A stretch of 64,000 nucleotides of DNA from Candidatus Saccharimonadales bacterium (lineage in GTDB: Bacteria > Patescibacteriota > UBA1384 > 2-12-FULL-50-11): the NCBI GenBank assembly GCA_035480235.1, contig DATIHX010000005.1, forward strand, positions 551 through 64,550. Reading direction: 5' to 3'. Positions 41,816 through 52,269 of the stretch are shown here, piece by piece. Position 1 is the stretch's first letter. Each line of letters starts with the position of its first letter. The position numbers and the translations under genes are program-made. The notes under the pieces are model-generated. The model saw only the letters and a list, made by a program, of their open reading frames with translations. It was not told where the DNA came from and did no database searches.

Positions 41816-42019
41816 TTACGCGGACTTTTTCAACATCGGTAGACCGGTTCGAGCGTTTTCCATTACTTCGTAACCAGCCGGGACGGCGTCAAGGGCGCCA
41901 TCGCGGACGTCTTGAGCAAAGAAGAAGATCATCTGCTGGCGACCGCCACGCAAGGTGACGTTGCGAGAGTGCAGGTAGTAGGTTTTGCCGGACTTTTTAG
42001 AAACTGTGCTAAATGCCAT
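41816..42019 (-). CDS. conserved-looking small hypothetical protein
   Basis: ORF track 41816..42031 (GTG inside the SD); ATG 42017-42019 after GGAGGTG gives MAFSTVSKKSGKTYYLHS...; promoter TTGACA-17-TACAAA 42092-42120. Confidence 0.55.
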   Translation of the reverse strand: MAFSTVSKKSGKTYYLHSRNVTLRGGRQQMIFFFAQDVRDGALDAVPAGYEVMENARTGLPMLKKSA

Positions 42020-42091
42020 GAATTTGTTCACCTCCTCCCCCGCAAGACTTAATTTCGTTTTCTTACACCTTATTACAGGTTGACTCTTCTA

Positions 42092-42120
42092 TTTGTAGAT
42101 ACCTGAAAGGGGGCTGTCAA
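42092..42120 (-). promoter_or_regulatory. promoter-like TTGACA-17-TACAAA
   Basis: Upstream of ORF 41816-42019. Confidence 0.5.
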
Positions 42121-42167
42121 GCTTTGTGGAAGATTTTCAGGTTTGAACCTGGAGAAATTGAAGTAAG

Positions 42168-42198
42168 AAAAAGCCCCGAGCGCGTTAGCACTCAGGGC
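42168..42198 (-). terminator. intrinsic terminator
   Basis: Minus-strand sense gccctgag...ctcggggc + T5. Confidence 0.65.
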
Positions 42199-42204
42199 GA
42201 CTAG

Positions 42205-42516
42205 TTAGTGAGATATTTCGACCCACCCCTTTCGGGTCTTGTCACTGTATTCACCGTGGGCGTTTTGCCAGTTCCGTCGTTCATTTCCGCTCTGCTGCTC
42301 TCCGGTCCAATATCCCGTGAATAGCCAGCTTAACTTCGAATCGAAAGAGTTTCGCGTGAGACCGTTGATCACAAAGTATTTTTTCGTTCGTTCTTTGCTC
42401 TCAATCCCCTCTAGCTGAAACGCCAGCTTCAGTTGTCCGTAATATCCACCACCGACAAAGAGAGCTGTCATTAGGTCAAACTTGCTTGGCCCTTCAATAA
42501 TTGTCCAGCGTGCCAT
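42205..42516 (-). CDS. hypothetical protein (orphan)
   Basis: ORF track 42205..42540; ATG 42514-42516 after GGGGGTG SD (MARWTIIEG...); promoter TTGACA-17-TATATT 42589-42617; terminator 42168-42198. Confidence 0.55.
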   Translation of the reverse strand: MARWTIIEGPSKFDLMTALFVGGGYYGQLKLAFQLEGIESKERTKKYFVINGLTRNSFDSKLSWLFTGYWTGEQQSGNERRNWQNAHGEYSDKTRKGWVEISH

Positions 42517-42588
42517 CCGGCACCCCCTAAATGTGCACATACCGATAATTCGGCGACCTGCTCATAACGAGTCAGGAATTATGGGCAA

Positions 42589-42617
42589 AATATACCATAT
42601 TTTCCTCGATTTGTCAA
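42589..42617 (-). promoter_or_regulatory. promoter-like TTGACA-17-TATATT
   Basis: Upstream of ORF 42205-42516. Confidence 0.6.
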
Positions 42618-42640
42618 CGGTTTTCAGGTAAGATTTCGGT

Positions 42641-42781
42641 ATGGAGACTTCGGGAAAATTTGAAATAAATGCCAACGTCACACCGGCTGGCGACCCAGCA
42701 CAGCAACTTACTGGCTTACAGAATTCCATTCTGTCACGCCGTGCGTTGTATGCTGGGCAGGTCCAGCCAAACGCGAAATGA
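42641..42781 (+). CDS. 46-codon upstream ORF whose first ~30 residues are a paralog of the UvrB N-terminus
   Basis: Own translation: [46 protein letters not shown]; its TGA overlaps the uvrB ATG (ATGA at 42778-42781); below the ORF-track size cutoff. Confidence 0.45.
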   Translation: METSGKFEINANVTPAGDPAQQLTGLQNSILSRRALYAGQVQPNAK

Positions 42782-44772
42782 CTACCGGCAAGTTTGAAAT
42801 CAATTCGGCGGTAACACCCGCAGGAGACCAACCCCGGGCGATTGAATCGCTGGTTAACGGCGTTAACAAAGACCTTAAACATCAAGTACTCTTCGGCGTC
42901 ACCGGTTCTGGTAAAACGTTCACAGCCGCTAATATTATTCAACAGGTCCAAAAACCGACGCTGGTGATCGCTCACAATAAAACTTTGGCGGCGCAGCTAA
43001 CCAGCGAATACCGCCACTTTTTCCCCAAAAATGCGGTGGAATATTTTGTGAGTTATTACGATTACTACCAGCCGGAAGCCTATATGCCCAATTCTGATAC
43101 CTATATAGAAAAAGAGGCCCAAATTAACGACGAAATCGATCGGCTGCGCCACGCCGCCACCCAAGCGATCCTGAGCCGCCGCGACGTCATTGTTGTTGCT
43201 TCCGTTTCCTGTATTTACGGGTTAGGTTCGGCCGAAGAGTACCAAAAAGCGACGTTGGTCATTCGCAAAGGCGACAAACTTGACCGCGATATCCTGCTGG
43301 ATAAACTGGTCTTCCTGCAGTACCAACGCAACGACGTAGCGCTGGAACGCGGTAATTTCCGAGCCCGCGGCGAGATTATTGAAGTGATGCCGGCCAACAG
43401 CCAGCGAATTATTCGCATTACGTTGAACGGCGACGTCATTGAAGACATTGAGGAAATTGACCCGGTCACCAATTCGCCGCTCCAAACGCTGCGCGTCGCG
43501 GTGATTTACCCGTCGCGCCACTTCGTCACCCCACCCGACAAGATTGAAGCGGCGGCGAAGTCAATTGAAGCTGAGCTGGAAGACCGCCTCAAAGTCTTAA
43601 AAAGCCAAGGAAAGTTGCTGGAAGAAGAGCGCCTCCGCCGCCGGACCCGCTACGACCTCGAGATGATCCGCGAAGTCGGTTACTGCAACGGCATCGAGAA
43701 TTATTCACGGCATTTTGACGGCCGCGCGCCAGGTTCAACCCCCAATACTCTTATGAACTACTTCCCCGACGATTTTTTGATGATTATTGACGAATCGCAC
43801 GTCACCGTGCCGCAAATTAACGGCATGTACAACGGCGACCGGGCTCGCAAAGACGTATTAGTGGAACACGGTTTCCGCTTGCCTTCGGCTAGAGATAACC
43901 GGCCGCTAAAATTCCCCGAATTCGAAGAAAAAATTAACCAAGTTATTTACACTTCCGCCACCCCCGGCCAGTACGAAATTACCAAAACCGAAAATACCGC
44001 CGAACAGATTATCCGGCCAACCGGCTTGATTGACCCCGAGCTAATTATCGTGCCAGTCAAAGGCCAAGTGGGCGACTTAATGGAGCGCGTCCGCGGCCGA
44101 ATTGAAAAGGAAGAGCGGGTATTGGTGACAACGCTCACCAAGAAAATGGCCGAGGATTTAGCCGACTATATGCAGGAGCAAGGCATTAAAGTCCGGTACT
44201 TGCACAGCGATATTGAAACGCTTGAGCGCGTCGAGATTCTGCGCGAGCTCCGCAAAGGCACCTTTGATGTGCTAATCGGCGTTAACCTGCTCCGTGAAGG
44301 CTTGGACTTGCCCGAAGTCTCCCTCGTTGCCATTCTCGACGCCGACAAAGAAGGCTTCCTGCGCAGTGAACGGTCGCTGATTCAAACCATCGGCCGAGCC
44401 GCCCGAAACGTCCAGGGCCAAGTAATTTTATACGCCGACGTGATGACTGACAGCCTGAAAAAAGCGATCGGCGAAACCAACCGCCGCCGAGCGATCCAAG
44501 TGAAATACAACACCGAGCACGGCATTACGCCGACGTCTGTTAAAAAAGAGATTACTTCAATTATTGAGCGGGAATTGTCGAATTCCGTCGGCCTCGACAA
44601 AATCGAGAAAGAATTAGCCAAAGGTAATATTGAAGCAATGATTAAAGATAAATCTCGGCAGATGAAACTGGCCGCCCAAGAACTGCAGTTTGAATTGGCC
44701 GCTATCCTGCGCGACGAAGTGGCAAAGCTCAAAAAAATGCAAAAAGACCGCGACGAGCTAACTAACCATTGA
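42778..44772 (+). CDS. uvrB: excinuclease ABC subunit B
   Basis: ORF track 664 aa; [29 protein letters not shown] motifs. Confidence 0.97.
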   Translation: MTTGKFEINSAVTPAGDQPRAIESLVNGVNKDLKHQVLFGVTGSGKTFTAANIIQQVQKPTLVIAHNKTLAAQLTSEYRHFFPKNAVEYFVSYYDYYQPEAYMPNSDTYIEKEAQINDEIDRLRHAATQAILSRRDVIVVASVSCIYGLGSAEEYQKATLVIRKGDKLDRDILLDKLVFLQYQRNDVALERGNFRARGEIIEVMPANSQRIIRITLNGDVIEDIEEIDPVTNSPLQTLRVAVIYPSRHFVTPPDKIEAAAKSIEAELEDRLKVLKSQGKLLEEERLRRRTRYDLEMIREVGYCNGIENYSRHFDGRAPGSTPNTLMNYFPDDFLMIIDESHVTVPQINGMYNGDRARKDVLVEHGFRLPSARDNRPLKFPEFEEKINQVIYTSATPGQYEITKTENTAEQIIRPTGLIDPELIIVPVKGQVGDLMERVRGRIEKEERVLVTTLTKKMAEDLADYMQEQGIKVRYLHSDIETLERVEILRELRKGTFDVLIGVNLLREGLDLPEVSLVAILDADKEGFLRSERSLIQTIGRAARNVQGQVILYADVMTDSLKKAIGETNRRRAIQVKYNTEHGITPTSVKKEITSIIERELSNSVGLDKIEKELAKGNIEAMIKDKSRQMKLAAQELQFELAAILRDEVAKLKKMQKDRDELTNH

Positions 44773-44870
44773 CATCGGCCAGTATTTTCCGCAAACTTGT
44801 GGTGGCTCAACAGCCATTGCAGGTGCGTTGCCCTCCGCTTCAAAGAGGGAAAGGAGATTAATAAATTAAC

Positions 44871-45191
44871 GTGAGGCAAGACGAAGAAACGCTTGTCAAA
44901 GTGGGAAGCCGCCTCAAGGCGATGCGTACTCAGGCTTTGTCGCTGTTTGATCGCGACTTCCCTAACGAGAGTCTGATCGATGAGTTCATCGATACCCTAG
45001 AACAGTGCCACCGACTAATTCTGCGAGTTCGGGCTAATCTAAGCGATGAGGACATCGTTTCATTTGCCACAACCGTCTTCGATGACTTGCGCACCGAGCT
45101 GACTCCGGAACAAGAGCCGGACCGCTCACTCCTCCAAATCCTCGCCGATGATTGGGATGCCCCGATGGGTCTCGTCAAAGGCGCCGCCTAA
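44871..45191 (+). CDS. hypothetical acidic helical protein (orphan)
   Basis: ORF track 106 aa with GTG start; GGAGA 14 nt upstream (long spacing, start uncertain); terminator 45200-45227. Confidence 0.4.
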   Translation: MRQDEETLVKVGSRLKAMRTQALSLFDRDFPNESLIDEFIDTLEQCHRLILRVRANLSDEDIVSFATTVFDDLRTELTPEQEPDRSLLQILADDWDAPMGLVKGAA

Positions 45192-45199
45192 TGCCCTTA

Positions 45200-45227
45200 C
45201 GCCCTTGCCTCTGGCTTGGGCTTTTTT
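45200..45227 (+). terminator. intrinsic terminator
   Basis: gcccttgcc tct ggcttgggc + T7. Confidence 0.65.
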
Positions 45228-45242
45228 TGATAAGGTAAAAAG

Positions 45243-46862
45243 ATGACCCGGCACAGTAGAATTGTCATCGCCATTATTATCGCGGTGCTGGTTATTAGTT
45301 ATCTGGTAATTCGCTTCGGCCGGCCGTCGCTTAATGCCCTAACCAATCCCGCGATTCCCGCCGTTCAAGCTAAAAGCGCCAATTCGTTTATCCAATCGAT
45401 CGGCATTAATGTGCACGCCTACTGGTGGACGCCGGCCCAGAGCGCCGCTTACCTTAACGACCTGAAAGATTTGCACATTCATTATATTCGCGACGAGTTA
45501 GTGTACCCCTACGCCAGTTACCAACAAAATAACGGCTACGGCAGCGGTTGGCTGGAGCGGCTGCAACAGTTTCAACAAGCCAGTATTAGTAGCGAAGTCA
45601 TTGCCAACGAGTTGATTGTTTCACCCACTGACGTGGTCAATTACGTCAAACAAGCCAACCAGGTGCCAGGAACGATTTCGGCGGTGGAAGGCCCAAATGA
45701 AGTAGACTTTCAGTGCGCGCCAACTGGCAGCACTTTTACCGGCCAAATTTTCTACCCCTGCCCAACGACGACCTGGCAAGCCCGGACAGAAAATTACGTT
45801 ATGGCCTTAAAAAACGCTATGAAAGCCGACTCGGCGACCCGAGCGGTGGCGATTACCTCGCCCTCAATTATTGATTTGAATACCAACTCGGCGGTTTTCG
45901 CCGGCCAAGCCGATAGTGGCAACATCCATTACTACCCTTACTTACAAGCCGCCAACACTACTACAATTAGCCAACAACTTAACCAAGCCGTTCACCTTTA
46001 CAGCGCTAAACCAATAATCGTCAGCGAAGAAGGCTATCCAACCAGCGTCGGTAGCGCTGGCCGGCCGGCCAGCGAAACTATTCAAGCCGAAGTACTGCCG
46101 GCTTATCTGCTAACCAATTACGCCACTGGCGTCAAACGAACGTTTTTATATCAGTTAGTGGACGACTCAAACTTTAGCGACTTCAACGGCTTAATCTCTG
46201 ATACCAGTGGGCAAAAAAAGCCAGCTTTTACCGCTTTAAAAAATTTAACCGCTTTACTTAACGACGACGGCGCTAATTTCAGTCCGAACCAATTGCGCTA
46301 CCAGCTCAGTGGCGCAACTGACGGCATTTCTAGTTTGCTGCTCCAAAAAAGCGACGGCCGTTTTTACCTGGTTTTGTGGCAAAAAAGTTTAGCGGAAAGC
46401 CCCACGCCGTTACCCGGGCAAACGGTTAATATTAAAACTATCGGCATCCAATTCGGCGACTCAATTGACTCCGCTAGCGAATTTCAGCCGACTACCGCCG
46501 CCGCGAGCGTCCAAAATTTTAGCCAACCCACAGAGCTCGGCACTATTTCGGTTGGCAGCAGCCCCGTGGTTTTGGAAATTACACCCGGTGCCGCCAGCGC
46601 TAGCAGTACCAACTCGGGCAACGGCAGTCCGGCGTCTACCGCCAAAAAGACAGTGAAAACCCCAATCATCAAAAAGCCGATCACTAATTCAACCGGTAGT
46701 TCCGTCACAACACCTCCAACCGCCGCTCCAGCCCAACCCCCAGCCAGCCCCGACTTCGTTTTGCCGGGCGCCAAAAACCAACCAATCCAAAGTTGGTGGG
46801 AAAATATCTCGGGATTTTTCAGCCGAAGTTGGCAGTGGCTCAAGCATTTATTTACTGCTTGA
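45243..46862 (+). CDS. membrane-anchored putative glycoside hydrolase (TIM-barrel, GH5/GH39-like) with Pro/Ser/Thr-rich C-terminal region
   Basis: ORF track 539 aa; N-terminal anchor IVIAIIIAVLVISYLVI; candidate acid/base VEGPNEVDF and nucleophile VSEEGYP motifs; assignment from motif memory only. Confidence 0.55.
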   Translation: MTRHSRIVIAIIIAVLVISYLVIRFGRPSLNALTNPAIPAVQAKSANSFIQSIGINVHAYWWTPAQSAAYLNDLKDLHIHYIRDELVYPYASYQQNNGYGSGWLERLQQFQQASISSEVIANELIVSPTDVVNYVKQANQVPGTISAVEGPNEVDFQCAPTGSTFTGQIFYPCPTTTWQARTENYVMALKNAMKADSATRAVAITSPSIIDLNTNSAVFAGQADSGNIHYYPYLQAANTTTISQQLNQAVHLYSAKPIIVSEEGYPTSVGSAGRPASETIQAEVLPAYLLTNYATGVKRTFLYQLVDDSNFSDFNGLISDTSGQKKPAFTALKNLTALLNDDGANFSPNQLRYQLSGATDGISSLLLQKSDGRFYLVLWQKSLAESPTPLPGQTVNIKTIGIQFGDSIDSASEFQPTTAAASVQNFSQPTELGTISVGSSPVVLEITPGAASASSTNSGNGSPASTAKKTVKTPIIKKPITNSTGSSVTTPPTAAPAQPPASPDFVLPGAKNQPIQSWWENISGFFSRSWQWLKHLFTA

Positions 46863-46865
46863 GCC

Positions 46866-46894
46866 TTGACATGTTTTAAGAGTTACGCTAGACT
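46866..46894 (+). promoter_or_regulatory. promoter-like TTGACA-17-TAGACT
   Basis: Upstream of ORF 46935-47234. Confidence 0.6.
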
Positions 46895-46934
46895 AACGAT
46901 GTTTGATTGTACTTAAGAACTAAAGGAGGCTTTA

Positions 46935-47234
46935 ATGATTGGACCACTGGAGATTCAAACCAATTGGTTAAGTAAGCGACTTTTGGCTGCTCATCAGCGA
47001 GCCGAAACTGAGGTTGAAAGCTGCTTGGAAAGAGAGCTTTTACTAGTTGTCCTTGATGGCTTCTTGGTCCGCTCAACAATTTACGGGGTAGCCCTGCCGT
47101 CGCCGGAATTGGTCCACGACTATTCGATTCGCATGAATGTTTTGCGACAACGCTTCTCCGCCATCAATAGCATTGAGGCCCAAAAGATGGTTGAAATTAT
47201 CGACCACTTACTCAAAGCCAAGAACTTTCACTAG
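46935..47234 (+). CDS. hypothetical helical protein (orphan cassette)
   Basis: ORF track 99 aa; promoter TTGACA-17-TAGACT 46866-46894, AAAGGAGG SD, terminator 47234-47254. Confidence 0.55.
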   Translation: MIGPLEIQTNWLSKRLLAAHQRAETEVESCLERELLLVVLDGFLVRSTIYGVALPSPELVHDYSIRMNVLRQRFSAINSIEAQKMVEIIDHLLKAKNFH

Positions 47235-47254
47235 CGCCCTCGGGTGCTTTTTTT
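47234..47254 (+). terminator. intrinsic terminator
   Basis: gcgcc ctcg ggtgc + T7. Confidence 0.65.
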
Positions 47255-47255
47255 G

Positions 47256-47285
47256 TTGACACGATATTTTTTTTAGTAGTAGATA
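47256..47285 (+). promoter_or_regulatory. promoter-like TTGACA-18-TAGATA
   Basis: Upstream of ORF 47329-47511. Confidence 0.5.
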
Positions 47286-47328
47286 AGAATACGAGAGAAA
47301 GTAAAAATGGTAATTTTAAGGAGGATAA

Positions 47329-47511
47329 ATGACTGAGTTTATGAAACCTGATATGGAGCAAAGCGGAGCAGGCGTCAGTGAGAGTGAATTTGATGAGATG
47401 CGAGCTAAAGCTGGCTTACTTTCGACAGAGCAGGTTAACGAGCTGCTGGCCCAACTTCACGCTCCCGATAAAGGCGTCGATCACTGGACTAACCCTGCCT
47501 CAAACAGTTAA
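47329..47511 (+). CDS. hypothetical small acidic protein (orphan cassette)
   Basis: ORF track 60 aa; promoter TTGACA-18-TAGATA 47256-47285, TAAGGAGG SD. Confidence 0.5.
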   Translation: MTEFMKPDMEQSGAGVSESEFDEMRAKAGLLSTEQVNELLAQLHAPDKGVDHWTNPASNS

Positions 47512-47563
47512 TTAGTTAGAGATAACCAATGGCGGCCGAAAGCCGTTTTTGGAAGATTGCGGC

Positions 47564-47592
47564 CTGACTTTTCGGGTTTTGTTTGGTAGAAT
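47564..47592 (+). promoter_or_regulatory. promoter-like CTGACT-17-TAGAAT (TGG extended -10) 9 nt before the uvrA ATG
   Basis: No SD; near-leaderless geometry. Confidence 0.45.
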
Positions 47593-47601
47593 GGGCTTAC
47601 C

Positions 47602-50460
47602 ATGGCTTCGACAGAGCGGATTTTTATTAAAGGCGCCCGTGAACACAATCTCAAGAACATTGATCTCGAGTTGCCACGCGGTAAATTAATCGTCTTCACT
47701 GGTTTGTCCGGTTCGGGTAAATCCAGCTTAGCTTTCGACACAATTTACGCCGAAGGTCAGCGGCGTTATATGGAATCACTGTCATCGTACGCTCGGCAGT
47801 TTTTGGGCCAGATGGAAAAGCCGGATGTCGATTATATCGAGGGCTTGTCGCCGGCCATCTCCATCGACCAAAAAGCTAGTGGCCATAACCCCCGCTCGAC
47901 GGTCGGAACTGTGACCGAAATTTACGACTACTTGCGATTGCTGTTTGCCCGCATCGGCGTCCCGTACTGCCCGAACTGCGGCCGGCCAATTTCCCGCCAA
48001 AGCGTCGACCAAATGGTCGAAATAGTTACGAATTTGCCGGAAGGCAGCCGGATTACGGTTTTTGCGCCGGTGGTGCGCGGCCGAAAAGGCGAGTATCTCC
48101 AACTTTTGTATGATTTATACAAAGGCGGCTTCGGCTCGGCCCGGATTAACGGCGAAATCAAGGGCTTATCGGACCGAATCGAGCTCGATCGCTACAAAGC
48201 TCACACCATTGAAGTTTTGATCGACCGTTTGACGATCGGCTCGTCGTCAAGAACGCGGTTAACCGACGCGCTGGAAACAGCTTTAAAGCTGGCGAAACGA
48301 ACAGCCTTAGTGGTGGTACAAGGCGAGAACGGTCAGAAAGACGAGGAAATCTTAATTTCTGAAGATTTAGCTTGCCCCTACGACGGCTTTTCACTCGGCG
48401 AGATCTCGCCGCGCTCCTTTTCCTTCAACAGCCCGTATGGCGCTTGCGAAGATTGCCACGGCTTGGGCGTCAAAAAGGAATTGTCGGAAGAGCTAATTAT
48501 TCCGGACAAAAAATTATCGATTAACGAAGGGGCGGTGTTGCCGTGGACGTTTTCGCAAAATAATTACTACGGCGTTTTGCTCAAAAGCCTGGCCGAGCTG
48601 CTGGATATCGCACCCGACCAGCCACTGAAAGACGTCGATGCCAAAAAAATCGACAAATTACTGCACGGTTTCGGCGAACCGCGGCAAATTCGACTGAAAT
48701 ATTTTAGCGCCGGGCACGCCCAACATTTTACGGTCTGGTTTAACGGGTTGGTTTCGCATCTCGATCGCCGGTACAAAGAAACCGAAAGCGACTCGGTCCG
48801 GGAAGAGATCGAAAAATATATGTTGAGCAAAGAATGCCAGACTTGCCACGGCGCCCGACTAAAAATCCAAGCCTTGATTGTGAAAGTCGGCGGCAAGAAT
48901 ATCGCCGAGATCGCCCAACTCTCGATCGACAAAGCCTTCGCCTTTTTCAAGAGCCTGGATTTGAACGAGCGTGACCTGGCCATCGCCGAGAAAGTGTTGT
49001 TTGAAATTTTGAACCGGTTGGAGTTCTTGAGCAAAGTTGGTTTGAATTACCTCACTATCGACCGAACGGCCACCACGCTGGCCGGCGGCGAATCGCAGCG
49101 AATCCGGCTGGCTTCGCAAATTGGCTCAGCGCTGGTGGGTATTCTTTATGTGCTGGACGAACCGACGATCGGCCTCCATCCGACCGATAACGCCCGCTTA
49201 ATTGAGACTCTGAAGCGGCTCCGCGACCTGGGCAACACGGTGATTGTGGTTGAACACGACGAAGAAACGATGCGAGCGGCTGATTATTTGGTGGATATCG
49301 GGCCGGGTGCCGGCGAAGCCGGCGGGCAGATCGTGGCAGCGGGAGCGTACGACGAATTTATCAAAAACCCGGCCTCAATTACGGCGCCATATCTAACCGG
49401 CGTGAAGACCTTAGCCGTACCGGAGCGGCGAAAGGTTGCTAAAGGCCAAGATTTTATGACGGTTCACGGCGCCACTGCCAACAACTTAAAGAATGTAACT
49501 GTTAATTTTCCAAAATCCCGCTTAACGGTGGTGACCGGTGTTTCCGGCAGCGGTAAATCAACGCTCGTCACCGAAATTCTAAGTAAAGCCGTTGCTCAAA
49601 AAATCCATCGCGTCGCCGCCCTACCGGGGGCCCACAAAGGCATCAGTGGCACCGAAAACATCGATAAAATTATCGAGATTGACCAGTCGCCGATCGGCCG
49701 GACGCCTAGAAGTAACCCCGTCACCTACACCAAGTCGTTCGACATTATCCGCCAACTTTTTGCCGCCACGCCAGCCGCTCGGTCACGCGGCTACAAACCC
49801 GGTCGGTTCAGTTTTAACGTCCCTGGCGGCCGCTGCGAGAATTGCCAGGGCGACGGCCAGATTAAAATTGAGATGAACTTTTTACCGGATGTGTATATTA
49901 CTTGCGACGTCTGCAAAGGCACCCGCTACAACCGCGAAACGTTGGAAGTGCTATGGAAAGGTAAAAATATCTCCCAGGTTTTGAATTTAACCATCGACCA
50001 AGCGATTGAGTTCTTCGAACACGTCCCGACGCTGACCGACAAACTCACTACCCTTCAGCAAGTTGGCTTGGGCTACGTCCGGCTCGGCCAACCAGCACCG
50101 ACACTTTCTGGCGGCGAAGCCCAGCGGATTAAACTGGCGGCCGAATTATCGCGGCGCGATACCGGCAAAACCCTTTATATTTTAGACGAGCCGACGACCG
50201 GACTGCACTTTGCCGACGTCGAAAAACTGCTCGGCGTCTTGCAGCAACTGGTGACTCGCGGCAACACCATCATTATTATTGAACACAATTTAGACGTCAT
50301 TAAATCGGCCGATTATTTAATCGACCTCGGCCCCGGCGGCGGCGAAAACGGCGGCCAGATCATCGCCAAAGGTTCGCCTGAAGAAGTGGCGCTGACCAAA
50401 GCATCGCTGACTGGCCAAGCGCTCGAGCCGATGCTTTTTGGCCAGAAGAGGCGAAGCTAA
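47602..50460 (+). CDS. uvrA: excinuclease ABC subunit A
   Basis: ORF track 952 aa; two ABC ATPase modules ([23 protein letters not shown]), Zn-finger CxxC pairs. Confidence 0.97.
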   Translation: MASTERIFIKGAREHNLKNIDLELPRGKLIVFTGLSGSGKSSLAFDTIYAEGQRRYMESLSSYARQFLGQMEKPDVDYIEGLSPAISIDQKASGHNPRSTVGTVTEIYDYLRLLFARIGVPYCPNCGRPISRQSVDQMVEIVTNLPEGSRITVFAPVVRGRKGEYLQLLYDLYKGGFGSARINGEIKGLSDRIELDRYKAHTIEVLIDRLTIGSSSRTRLTDALETALKLAKRTALVVVQGENGQKDEEILISEDLACPYDGFSLGEISPRSFSFNSPYGACEDCHGLGVKKELSEELIIPDKKLSINEGAVLPWTFSQNNYYGVLLKSLAELLDIAPDQPLKDVDAKKIDKLLHGFGEPRQIRLKYFSAGHAQHFTVWFNGLVSHLDRRYKETESDSVREEIEKYMLSKECQTCHGARLKIQALIVKVGGKNIAEIAQLSIDKAFAFFKSLDLNERDLAIAEKVLFEILNRLEFLSKVGLNYLTIDRTATTLAGGESQRIRLASQIGSALVGILYVLDEPTIGLHPTDNARLIETLKRLRDLGNTVIVVEHDEETMRAADYLVDIGPGAGEAGGQIVAAGAYDEFIKNPASITAPYLTGVKTLAVPERRKVAKGQDFMTVHGATANNLKNVTVNFPKSRLTVVTGVSGSGKSTLVTEILSKAVAQKIHRVAALPGAHKGISGTENIDKIIEIDQSPIGRTPRSNPVTYTKSFDIIRQLFAATPAARSRGYKPGRFSFNVPGGRCENCQGDGQIKIEMNFLPDVYITCDVCKGTRYNRETLEVLWKGKNISQVLNLTIDQAIEFFEHVPTLTDKLTTLQQVGLGYVRLGQPAPTLSGGEAQRIKLAAELSRRDTGKTLYILDEPTTGLHFADVEKLLGVLQQLVTRGNTIIIIEHNLDVIKSADYLIDLGPGGGENGGQIIAKGSPEEVALTKASLTGQALEPMLFGQKRRS

Positions 50461-50479
50461 TCACTGGAGACTGACAGTG

Positions 50480-52126
50480 ATGTCGATCAATAAAAAACTT
50501 TATCAAAATTTGCCAGCCAAGCCGGGGGTTTATCTTTTTAAAGACGAAACCGGCGTTATTTTGTACGTCGGTAAGGCCAAAAACTTAAAAAAACGAGTCA
50601 GTAGTTATTTTGCTAAAACCCACACCGATCGGCCGTGGACAACGGTGATGGTGGAATTAATTAAAAGCGTTGAAACGATCGTCGTCACCAACGAAACCGA
50701 GGCGCTGATGTTAGAATCAACGCTGATTAAGCAGCATCTGCCGCGTTTTAATATCCAATTAACTGACGACAAGTCGTATCCGTTCATCAAATTGGTGGAG
50801 AACGAAGCCGTCCCCCGCTTTACGATCGTCCGCCAACGTGAACGGACCGTCTTGCAGAAAAAAGGCGAAAAAGCCCGCTATTTCGGACCGTATCTTTCGG
50901 GTTGGGCGGCCAAAAGCGCGCTGGAATTTCTGCGATCACTGTACGGCGTTCATCTCTCTCCCACCCCGCTCAAACACAAAGACCGGCCGTGTTTGAACTG
51001 CCAGCTTGATGGTTTCACCTGCCCGCTCAACGACGAAATTAGCCCGGAAAAATATCAAGAGCGAATTAACTCGGCGATCGCTTTTCTTCAGGGCAAACGG
51101 AAAGACTTGGTGAACAATTTAGAGGTTCGGATGGAAGCGGCCGCTGGGAACGAACAGTTCGAACTAGCCGGCAAACTGCGTGATCGGCTGAAGGGCTTGC
51201 GCCAAACCTTCAGTCGCCAACAAGTGATTTCTTCTAATGATGACGATTACGACGCTATTGGTGTTTTTCAGACTAGCAGTCGGGCAGCGGTCAGCTTACT
51301 GCGAGTCCGGGAAGGCCGCGTCGTCGGCCAAGATAGCTGCTTTTTCAGTATCCTCGAGCAGAAGGAGAGCGATGTTATTCGGGAATTCTTACTCAGCCTT
51401 TACGCCACCAATAATGAACTTCCCGAGTTGGTGGTGATACCGGTAGTGATTGAAGACCAAGCCGAGATCGCCACATTACTGGGAGAAAACGCCGGTCACG
51501 TTGTCGAGTTGCGCGTCCCAGAGCGCGGAGATAAATATCAAATCGTGGAATTAGCTGTTAAGAACGCCGAAGCCAAACTGGCCGACAAACTCTTGAAATC
51601 CGGCCAGGCTCAGGGCGCCGTCGTCGCCTTGAAAGAATTATTGAAACTAGATTTTTTCCCAACCCGCATTGAGGCGGTGGATATTTCCAACCTTGGTACC
51701 AGCGAGCCGGTCGGCGCGACGGTTTGTTTCAGTAACGGTTTACCCGACAAAAACGAGTACCGTCGTTACAAAATTAAAACCGTATCTGGCCAAAACGATT
51801 TCGCGATGATCGCCGAGGTTACAAAACGGCGGTTTAGCGATACGTCCCGAAACACCCCCGATTTGTTTGTAGTTGATGGCGGCCCAGAGCAGCTGAGATC
51901 GGCCTTGAAGGGTTTAATGGACGCGCCGATGGAACCGCGAGCAATTATTTCGCTGGCTAAAAAACCGGATCGGATTTTTCGGCCTGATTTTAAGCGACCG
52001 CTCCCAACCAAACGCGGCGATAAAGGTTTACTGCTGCTCGCCCGGATTCGCGACGAAGTCCACCGTTTTGGCATCGGTTTTCAGCGTACTCGCCAACGAA
52101 AAAAGTCGCTAGCAGTAGAAGATTAG
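50480..52126 (+). CDS. uvrC: excinuclease ABC subunit C
   Basis: ORF track 50438..52126; ATG 50480 after GGAGA gives MSINKKLYQNLPAKPGVYLFKD (GIY-YIG start). Confidence 0.93.
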   Translation: MSINKKLYQNLPAKPGVYLFKDETGVILYVGKAKNLKKRVSSYFAKTHTDRPWTTVMVELIKSVETIVVTNETEALMLESTLIKQHLPRFNIQLTDDKSYPFIKLVENEAVPRFTIVRQRERTVLQKKGEKARYFGPYLSGWAAKSALEFLRSLYGVHLSPTPLKHKDRPCLNCQLDGFTCPLNDEISPEKYQERINSAIAFLQGKRKDLVNNLEVRMEAAAGNEQFELAGKLRDRLKGLRQTFSRQQVISSNDDDYDAIGVFQTSSRAAVSLLRVREGRVVGQDSCFFSILEQKESDVIREFLLSLYATNNELPELVVIPVVIEDQAEIATLLGENAGHVVELRVPERGDKYQIVELAVKNAEAKLADKLLKSGQAQGAVVALKELLKLDFFPTRIEAVDISNLGTSEPVGATVCFSNGLPDKNEYRRYKIKTVSGQNDFAMIAEVTKRRFSDTSRNTPDLFVVDGGPEQLRSALKGLMDAPMEPRAIISLAKKPDRIFRPDFKRPLPTKRGDKGLLLLARIRDEVHRFGIGFQRTRQRKKSLAVED

Positions 52127-52131
52127 AAAAA

Positions 52132-52156
52132 AGAAAAACGGGCGATTATCGCCCGT
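52132..52156 (-). terminator. intrinsic terminator for nfo, about 110 nt past its stop
   Basis: Perfect 8-bp stem acgggcga tta tcgcccgt; T-run on the minus strand. Confidence 0.7.
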
Positions 52157-52269
52157 GAAATTGGCGGAGGCCCCTACAAAGAATAAACCCCCCATAGAGT
52201 TTTCCCGGAGCCCCCTGACTGTAGAGGGTTTAGCCCCCTGAGGAACCTTAGTAACAACTGGCAGTTTTG

